From Perkinsela sp. CCAP 1560/9 (lineage: Eukaryota; Protista; Euglenozoa: Kinetoplastea), in contig CBFFSA010000028.1 of NCBI GenBank assembly GCA_965644495.1, positions 1 to 64,000 of the forward strand: a stretch of DNA of 64,000 nucleotides, read 5' to 3'. Positions 55,741 through 64,000 of this stretch are shown piece after piece (the stretch's first letter is position 1; each line of letters opens with the position of its first letter). Below the pieces are notes generated by a model. The model saw nothing but the letters and a program-made list of their open reading frames with translations, did no database searches and was not told where the DNA came from. The position numbers were made by a program, and so were the translations under genes.

Positions 55741-58700
55741 ATGTCAGTTCCTTCCTCGCGGGCGGCGCAACGTACGCCGTCGGAGAATCGGCAGACCACT
55801 GCAACTGTTAGGAGCACTGGCGTACAGGAGAACAACTTGAACTTCACCGAAGAAGCGAATAGACATGAGATTGGTTCATGGGACCAGTTCAAAGCCAACG
55901 ACAAACTCATTAAAGCAACCAGCAACTACGACGAACTCAAGTACACGACCTCCATTCCACAACATATACCCCAGCACTGGGCAGAGAAATCAGAGAAAGC
56001 CGCTCTCAGCATCGAGAAAAATCCAACCGCAGATACCGGCCAACACAAAGAGTACGGCGAAGAGGATACTTTCGCGAGTGTTCAAAGAAACAAAAGCTCA
56101 GATCAAGCTCTATCAGACCCCTCCGCATTTAAAATAAAGATCAGAAAAGAAAATACCACACATAAAAACAAAAAGCAAATTCCAAAGAAAGTCAAAGTTA
56201 TACTTCGCACTACCAACTCACCAGCTCATCAGCAAGCGAAGCATGCAGAAGCAGACATGTCACAGGACGAGCAAGACTCAAGTGACTCATGCACAAGTGG
56301 ACCAGACATCTCGGACGACGACATGCTGACTTTGACCGATCTCGCAGCAAGCACATTAAAGACCCCCGATCAGGTCGTGAAAATTATAAGCCAATGGGGA
56401 AAAGGATCTACCTGCGAAGTGCATTGGAAATTCAGACACTGCGATGAAGTCTTTCACTCTATCGGAGATGTTGTGTCACGCCATTCCCGGAAAGGCACAG
56501 TTAGGGTGAAGATATCCTACACACCGAAAAATGGTTCAGGTCCATCAGGATTTCTCTACCTACCCGCATCACACAAGATAAATATTTTTCGACTACGCGC
56601 AATAAAACTAAATCGTATCGCTACGCAATCGACACAGTTAGATCTGGGCGAAGTACAAGATTATGACGCAGGCGGCGACCTAGAACCACCCCCCTCCTTC
56701 ACCGACATAGACCCGACATTCGCATCCCACGTCGTAGCAATCTTTAGAGAGATCTTACGAGGATATCCCGCGCTGCATCTCGCATCAGAAAAAACCTCTG
56801 TCTGGCACAAATTTCTTAACGCACCACGTGATTCACTCGCTACTGTACGGCAAGCGATCCAGCGAAAGTACAGCAACCCGAAAACCAGATCAACACGCAA
56901 GGACGAGTTCCTCACCACACAAGATGAGAAAATAGAACGTGAGGCCGACCAACGCTCAATACGTTACGCGCTACGGACAGCTAGAGCTAGAAACTTGAGC
57001 AAAGCCACCCGCATCCTCGACAACATATATCTAGACACGAATCTCAGCATTGACGAAAAGGTAGCAAAGCTTAAGGATCTACACCCGGAGGGAGAACGTC
57101 CTAGTCTCACGTCAGCCCAATATCCACGAACCGGGATTATCGAAAAACACGAACTCCGAGCAGCAATTGAAAAGTTGGCCCCGGGAGCCTCCCCAGGCCC
57201 AACAGGTTTGAGCGAGGCTATGTTGCGTCTACTAGCAGATGACGAAGAATCTAGCACGGCTCTGTGTCATATGCTGCGAGACATGGTAAACGGAGACATC
57301 GCACCGTCGGTACGCGAAAGATTGACTCGATGCCGGCTCATGGCAATCAACAAACCAGAAAATGGAATAAGACCAATCGCAATCGGAGAAACTCTGCTAA
57401 AGATATGTGGGTCTATTCTATTAAACCGAAACGAAGAAAAACTCAAGAAATTCTTTGAGCCTGAGCAACGAGGAATTCTGCAAAAGAACGCCTGCGAAGG
57501 TATTGTCCACGAACTCATCGATGAATACGACAAGGGGCACGCCATTCTAACAGTTGACTACAAAAACGCATACAACACCCCTTCTCGTCAAGCAATATCT
57601 GAGGCACTAACTCACAACAACATCTTTAAACCATTTATGCGCATCGCAACGCTCCGACCCTTCCAAAGGTTTTTTGCGGCTGAATATTCCGAGCAATCTC
57701 AGCTTCTCTTCTACGGCAGCGAAGGTAAATTGGTCGACACAGTATCAAGTTCCTCAGGAGTAAAACAGGGATCGCCACTATCCACGCTGTATTTCTGCAC
57801 ATACCTACAACCTGTATTGGAAACCCTTGCAGAAGAATTTCCTGGCATCAACATACATGCGTACATCGACGATATCAATTTGACATCCGAAGATCCGAAT
57901 CAGCTCACGAACGCTTTTAAAAGGCTGAAGGCACTTGTCGCATCTAGCAATCTTGCACTATCGGCGCATAAATGTGTTTGGTTTGGTGGCATCCTCGGCA
58001 AGTCCATTCCAGAAGCTCTTCAAGCCGAAGGAGTACAAACCGAGAGCCAGGCCACTAAAGTACTGGGGGCTTTTATTGGAGAAGACGACGCCATCAGTCA
58101 AAAACTGCTCCAAAAGATCGGCAAACAAGAAGTAATATTCCGCAGGCTAAAGCTAATGGGCATGAGTAACGTATCCCTCATCCTTTTGACAAAAAGTGTG
58201 AACGTTCGTCAACAGTACTACATGAGGACACACAACCCCAAGGCCACGGATCAAACATGTAAACGTTTTGATAGCGAAATCGAGAGCGTACTTCAAACAT
58301 GGATGGGCCCATTGCAGACTAGACAAATTGACATAGCAAGGTTACCCCTGAAGAAAGGAGGACTTGGTCTCACGGCATGTCACCCAACGCGCGCGGCAGC
58401 TTATGAAGCTTCCCGACACGCAGCTTTTGAGCATATAAAATCTTTTTCAGCTCGAGTTGTGCCGTCACAGTTTCATAGCACTGAACACGCTGGGACAGCA
58501 AATGAACAAGAACTCGCTCGTCAAAAACCACCTACTGACGAAATTACCGCTGCAGCGAAACTTCATGAGGAAGCATGGAACAAACTCGTAAGCGATCCAC
58601 AAATGTCCGGGACGTTAAAAGCAACCTCCAATAAGGGGAGTTATGACTGGCTACTGTCCAATGTAAGATATGTACCACCGCACTTATTCGAGCTAGCAGT

Positions 58701-59397
58701 CATGCCCCGTCTTGGAGTACATCACCCGAGACTTCCTGATGCTATGACTTGCCCTGGATGCCGAACATTGATGGATGCAAACACTGCACTAACTCACATC
58801 CCCGGATGCGTGCAATGTACAGGTTTCAACGCCACAGCGAAGCACAACATGTTGACCAAGTTTCTGTATGATCTTTGCATGAAAGCTGGTATTCCATGCG
58901 AAAGAGAGCCGCGTTCTTTTAGCACGTGGAGTTGTCTAACATGCGGAAATACAGTCGACTACAACAATCAGCATCTCCACCACAAAACATGCGGAGGACG
59001 GCAGTTTCATCGCTCAGGCCCGGATCTTGCGATCTACTGGAACAGTGGCGTGGTGTTCTACGACCTAACTGTGGTGCACGAGCTCGCGCCTTCCCATCGG
59101 AATAAAAAGTGTTCCCAACTCGTGCGAGAAGCTATACAGCGGAAAAATGAAACATACGTCAATAGTGGCATGATTCCGGCGGAAGCTTTTGAGTGCCTTC
59201 CTGTCTTGTCCTGCGGGTCTTTACATAAGAGCACACGGGGCCTAATTAAATCACTGACGGATGTCTGCCTGTTGGATACCCAAAAAACCGAACAGGCATT
59301 CAAGTTGCTACTCCAAGAGCTGAACGGATCCGAAGTATACGCACAGCTCCGACATTTTTTGGAGCCTCAAGACTATCAGAAAAGCACTATTCTTTAA
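55741..59397 (+). CDS. Chimeric RLE-element ORF: family 2A N-half fused in frame to a 2B-like C-half
   Basis: Nearly identical to the 28812 ORF up to ..KPFMRI (57645), then ATLRPFQRFFAAEYS.. with YIDD and RSGPD..YD. Confidence 0.85.
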   Translation: MSVPSSRAAQRTPSENRQTTATVRSTGVQENNLNFTEEANRHEIGSWDQFKANDKLIKATSNYDELKYTTSIPQHIPQHWAEKSEKAALSIEKNPTADTGQHKEYGEEDTFASVQRNKSSDQALSDPSAFKIKIRKENTTHKNKKQIPKKVKVILRTTNSPAHQQAKHAEADMSQDEQDSSDSCTSGPDISDDDMLTLTDLAASTLKTPDQVVKIISQWGKGSTCEVHWKFRHCDEVFHSIGDVVSRHSRKGTVRVKISYTPKNGSGPSGFLYLPASHKINIFRLRAIKLNRIATQSTQLDLGEVQDYDAGGDLEPPPSFTDIDPTFASHVVAIFREILRGYPALHLASEKTSVWHKFLNAPRDSLATVRQAIQRKYSNPKTRSTRKDEFLTTQDEKIEREADQRSIRYALRTARARNLSKATRILDNIYLDTNLSIDEKVAKLKDLHPEGERPSLTSAQYPRTGIIEKHELRAAIEKLAPGASPGPTGLSEAMLRLLADDEESSTALCHMLRDMVNGDIAPSVRERLTRCRLMAINKPENGIRPIAIGETLLKICGSILLNRNEEKLKKFFEPEQRGILQKNACEGIVHELIDEYDKGHAILTVDYKNAYNTPSRQAISEALTHNNIFKPFMRIATLRPFQRFFAAEYSEQSQLLFYGSEGKLVDTVSSSSGVKQGSPLSTLYFCTYLQPVLETLAEEFPGINIHAYIDDINLTSEDPNQLTNAFKRLKALVASSNLALSAHKCVWFGGILGKSIPEALQAEGVQTESQATKVLGAFIGEDDAISQKLLQKIGKQEVIFRRLKLMGMSNVSLILLTKSVNVRQQYYMRTHNPKATDQTCKRFDSEIESVLQTWMGPLQTRQIDIARLPLKKGGLGLTACHPTRAAAYEASRHAAFEHIKSFSARVVPSQFHSTEHAGTANEQELARQKPPTDEITAAAKLHEEAWNKLVSDPQMSGTLKATSNKGSYDWLLSNVRYVPPHLFELAVMPRLGVHHPRLPDAMTCPGCRTLMDANTALTHIPGCVQCTGFNATAKHNMLTKFLYDLCMKAGIPCEREPRSFSTWSCLTCGNTVDYNNQHLHHKTCGGRQFHRSGPDLAIYWNSGVVFYDLTVVHELAPSHRNKKCSQLVREAIQRKNETYVNSGMIPAEAFECLPVLSCGSLHKSTRGLIKSLTDVCLLDTQKTEQAFKLLLQELNGSEVYAQLRHFLEPQDYQKSTIL

Positions 59398-59678
59398 GAA
59401 ATCAAAAGTACAGAAAAGATACAAATTGGAATTATAAAGTCTGCGAAGAGATAGACAAAAATCAGCACTAAAAGTTTATGTAAACTTGAGAAAGTTCTTG
59501 GATATCATACGGACTAAACTGCATATTCAAATCATTCTAAATACAAGCGTACAATGCCCGCCGGCCATTTATCGGCGTATAAAAAAAAAAAAAAAAAAAA
59601 AAGTGTTCGCCGGTTCTGTGGGCGACGAGGGTGACTGTTGTGACTCCCGTTTGGGTAAGATTAGTGCGGGCGATGGAA
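57646..59678 (+). mobile_element. 5'-truncated 2B-like element nested in 2A copy 2
   Basis: GCGCATC duplicated at 57639-57645 and 59679-59685; poly(A) ~59581-59602. Confidence 0.88.
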
Positions 59679-61399
59679 GCGCATCTTCAATTTGGAATAC
59701 GGAGAGCCTTCTGACCTACTTTTCTTCACCAACAACACACTCCATACAATAGTGAAAAGTTCCTCCGGAGTTCGGCAAGGCTCTGCCCTCTCGTCTCTAT
59801 ATTTTTGCGCCCTCATTCAAAACTCACTCAAAGAAATCGCGGAATCGTTCCCAGACGTTACAGTGCGCGCTTACATGGACGACATAACGCTATCATCAAC
59901 TAATCCCATATCCCTCCAAACGGCTTTCCTTCATTTACACGAGTCTTCAAAACTACTCGGTCTACATGTGAATTACAGCAAATGTGAATGGTTTCAGAAA
60001 GTGGATACCCCCTGTGCTCCTCAAATCCTGCAAACCATGGGAGTGGGACATCCTCAGACAGCAGTAAAAATCTTAGGCGCATACATCGGTCAGGATAGAA
60101 TGGTAAATGAATGCTTATTAAAGAAGTTCGACAAACATAAGTGCCTCTTCCGTCGCTTACGACTAATGGGACCAAGCAACCTCTCCTTAGCAATTCTGAA
60201 TCGCTGCACGATCCCCCGTCAGGACTACCATCTACGAGTCCACAAACCTGACGCCACTCTCGAACTAGCACAACGCTTTGATGCAGAGGTTACGAGTATC
60301 ATTGAACTTTGGTTTAATTCGACGGGCCCATCTACAACTCTAACAACTCTACCACAGTATCTTGGGGGACTCGGGCTCAAGCCGTCATGCTTGAAACAAA
60401 AGTACTTTTTCCTTGCCTCTCGCAAGGCCATTGAAGAGCAATCAAAATCCTACAACGCTCCGGTGGTCACTGCGGGATCCAAGCGAATCAGAACCAAAAG
60501 CGAACACGCCAACCTGACAAACGATACATCCAAGCGAATGGCCATGAAAGCGATCCGAGCCGAGCAAAAACGCACTGCGACCGAGCTCAAAAAGGATAAA
60601 CGCCTCAGCGAACTGATGGAACGAGGATCATCATCTTTTCAACATCTACATTCAACCAGCAATTACATAAATCCATATCTCTTCCGATTTTGTATAATGA
60701 TGCGCCTAGGAATCGTGCCCAACAATATGCCAAAAACAGTCGTGTGCCCAGGATGCCTGTCAGAACATACGTCCGACACGATATTTCAACATATACCTGG
60801 ATGCACGCAATGCTGTGGAATCAATGCGACAAAGAAACACACAAGATTAGTTCGTTTCTTAGGAGAACTGTGTGCCAAAGCAGGGTTAGCTCACGTTGTA
60901 GAGCCAAGAGTACATTCATCATTCTTCTGCACTAAATGTAAGGCAACAGTCTCTGACGAGCTCTCCGAAAATCACCCATGCAGAGCCAGGTGCATACGCT
61001 CCGGTCCCGACCTAGGCATTATGTGGTCTCATGCAGGAGAAATTCTCTACGACGTCACCGTTGTTCACAGTTGTGCCCCTAGCTACACCAAGTCCTCCAC
61101 AGAACAGTTAATGCAGAATGCTCTTGACCGTAAACACAAGAAATACGTCCTGCAAGGAGGAATTCCAGAAGAAAGTTTCAGCTGCTTGGCAATGACCGAA
61201 TTAGGGCAGCTACACAAAAACACGAAAACCCTTTTGTCTCTATTGGCCCAACGATCACAACAAGACGTTAAAGTCGTGAAAGAAGCCTTCCAGCTCGAGA
61301 TTGAGAAGATGAATGCATATACCATTGCAACGCAACTTCGAAAGTACGTTCCATCAGCACAATGGCTTGGCGGACTAAATCATTGATCGACTCTAGTAC

Positions 61400-61436
<37 letters not shown>
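59679..61436 (+). mobile_element. Displaced 3' half of family 2A copy 2
   Basis: Essentially identical to ~30710-32470; ORF remnant 59692..61386. Confidence 0.9.
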
Positions 61437-61964
61437 CAGTCCGCAAGTGGTCGTAGCAATGCTCTACTTGTTATTATTATTATTCTCATTTTATCCTAAC
61501 ACAAAGCTCGCTGCGACAACACTACCCACGCGACTCCATCCACTTTTCCTTCTCGTACCGCCTCTCTTCAACCTTCTCCTGATTGAAAATATGCTTTGCG
61601 AATTCCTCAAATTAAATTAAATATAATTTCATTAAAATTTTTGCCTATTGAAAATTACAATGCATTAGGAACAATCATACACATGCCCATTTGACTAATC
61701 AAATAAATTGATTGATCTCACAGTAGTCAACGAACTTGAATTTGAGATTTTGATTCACTTTTTTTTTTATAAAGAAAATGAGTATGTTAAAAAAAAAATG
61801 AGTATGTGCCCATTCTCATCAACTCCTACGGCGTCACACACGATGCGCCTCATGTTGTTTACTTGTACTTCAACGTTTCTCACCTGCGATGCCGATATCA
61901 CCATGGATGACGTACCGTAGTTTAGTATCCAATCCAATCCAAAAGACCGACATATGTCGGTTAG

Positions 61965-63320
61965 AATGTTAAATGTTTTCCCCCCGAACTTATACTCCCT
62001 CGCCTTCCAATTCAGAGTTTAGTAGTGCCTACTATTTTACTTTCACACAATACTTTTCCTTTATCTTCCTGAACTCTTCCTCAGGGTATTCCGAACCTGC
62101 TGGTGGAAACACATCTTCCGCCCAACTCTTACTATGAAGGCGCCCTCTTTCCACCAGTTTTCGCAATCTTCCCGCACAGCGTGACTTTAGCCTCGGCGCC
62201 ACGCTTGGGTGCTGGATTGGTTTTCGTCTTTCCCTTTTCCAAGGTTCTATGTTTTATCAGCTTTTCCAAGGATTCGTCGATTTGTGATGCGTTGGAATCA
62301 TTACTTGTTTTTCTCTTTTTCTGCTCAGGCGGTCGAGGAACTTTTCGCGCTGCAATCAGTGCTAACCCATCTGCCTCGTCGTTCCATTTATTTCCTGAGT
62401 GACCCTTGACTTTGCACATATATATTGAGTACAAATCATGTTTTAAGGACCGTAATTTTCCGTCTAACTGGGAGAACAAATCTCCATTTAAAACTCCCTT
62501 GTAACCAACGATTCGCCGCCGATATCGAAGATTGTGAAAGAAGTCCCATAGATAGTAAGAGTCTGTATGAAACAGACAAGCGCATGGTTTTGACGGCAGT
62601 TGGAGAAGGGCATGCTGAAAAGCTAAGATCTCTACTCGCTCAATAGTGTCTGATTCCAATGGTATGGATATCCGTGAGGGTTCGCATCGTGGTTTTAGAA
62701 CTACGATACCTATGCCACTTCGAATCTCTTTCGTATTTTTCATCGGCAGAACAGAGCCATCGGTATAGATTTGTATGGCTTTATAGGCTGGAAAAGGCAC
62801 ATTTGATTCTTCAACGAACTGTAATTCTGAAGGACTTTTTCGTTTTTTAGCTTTGGCAAGAGCAGTTTTCCACTTTGCTGACCCAATTTTTTCGTATTCT
62901 ATGAGCGGTTCAAGTTCACGTCGCAATTTTTCTGTCAGACGATACCAGTGTTCACGGTCTGACGCAAATACCAATGCCTCTTCCAGTGTAATGTTAAGAT
63001 CCTTGAAGCAAGCCTCGCTTGGAGATAAATTGCGTGCATTCGGGCGTTGTTTCCACTGTACAAGCTCTTGAAAATCACTGGAGTGCCTCAGCATGTGCCC
63101 TACGAGCTTGGCCCTCTGAACCTTGTGTATAGTAGAAAAGCGCTCAGTTTCAAGATACAGAGAAGCATTCGGGTAGCTCATTCCGTATTCATCTAATCTG
63201 TTGCATTGGCAAACTATTCTTCTCATGTTGTTAACTTCAACGTCAATTCTTCGGAGCATGGATTTTGAAATAGAAAGTGCACCTGTCCCAAAGTTTAGCA
63301 CCGGATATACTATTGAATCG
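61965..63320 (-). mobile_element. 3' part of ingi-like I2 (RT C-terminus, RNase H), duplicate copy
   Basis: Matches 33000-34223 plus 38728-38858; YTDGS, HTDS, GHSGNKWNDEAD. Confidence 0.88.
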
Positions 63321-64000
63321 TTGTTGTTGTTCGTGTCAATCGTTCGACGCTGTTGTTGTGTTTTTTTTTTTTTTTTTAGTCTTACTGATGGGAATGTTCA
63401 CCCGCAGCCGGGCGAAAGAAAGGGGATTAGCTCCCGTTGTCCAACCGCTACCGCCCACACGCCGAAAGAAAAAGCCGGAGGAACAACCATCGGAAACCCG
63501 TGCCCCCCCACCACCGTCGTCGCCGCCGCCGCCACAACAACAACAGCCACCCCATTCAGCACCACGAAAGACACCCTCACAACGAACTTCTCCTCCGCCG
63601 CTGCCGCGATTGCCTTCTCTGCTGCGCACGCCGTCCGACACATCGCCGCGGGCGCAGATAACAACTCCGCCACTGCCTCGCCCACTCTCCCCCAATTTAG
63701 CTCACGAGGCATACGCGGCGGTAAATTCGTCACGATCGTCCTCAGTTCCTCGGCCGCACGAGCTGATCCACACAGCGACGCGGGCTCAGCCGTCCCGTCC
63801 ACCATTGCCGCGTCCACTCTCTCCCCCTCCCGCCCACAATTCTATCGCGCCAGCGAATCCGCATCCATCGCCCGAAAGCCAAAAAAGTAGCAGTTTGAAA
63901 ATTAAAATCACATCAACTCGAGATCTAATCAAAAGGCGGAGTGGAAAGATGCCAGAGCCAACCCAAAATCAGGCTCAAGCATTAATCAATCAAATGGCGG
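63321..64000 (+). mobile_element. 5' end of another 2B-like element (ATG 63388), running off the window
   Basis: MGMFTRSRAKERGLAPVVQPLPPTRRKKKPEE; preceded by a T-tract and AG. Confidence 0.8.

Overview
This is eukaryotic, almost certainly kinetoplastid/euglenozoan DNA: a 39-nt spliced leader (SL), AATCTTTAACGATAAAGATACAGTTTCTGTACCTTGTTG, recurs with the conserved kinetoplastid core ACAGTTTCTGTAC. No ordinary host genes are present. The window opens with 3.5 kb of (TCTTTCTTCC)n fused directly to a broken retroelement, like a healed telomere. It continues as about 60 kb of nested and concatenated retrotransposons of three classes. (i) Single-ORF non-LTR elements with RT and a restriction-like endonuclease (RLE; CRE/SLACS-like), in two lineages. 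(ii) Ingi/L1Tc-like APE-RT-RNase H LINEs. (iii) One VIPER/TATE-like tyrosine-recombinase (YR) retrotransposon with split direct repeats. Main findings: RLE elements integrated with the SL at their 5' end and chained poly(A)-to-SL, including an 11.4-kb composite bounded by one 8-bp duplication; an ataxin-2/Pbp1 LsmAD-like domain at the N-terminus of three RLE families; a conserved, covarying, pseudoknotted ~250-nt RNA in the 3' UTR; a readable 6-bp YR crossover core; an in-frame inter-family RT chimera; and a candidate non-canonical, purine-only telomere repeat. All calls come from reading motifs by eye; no searches were run.
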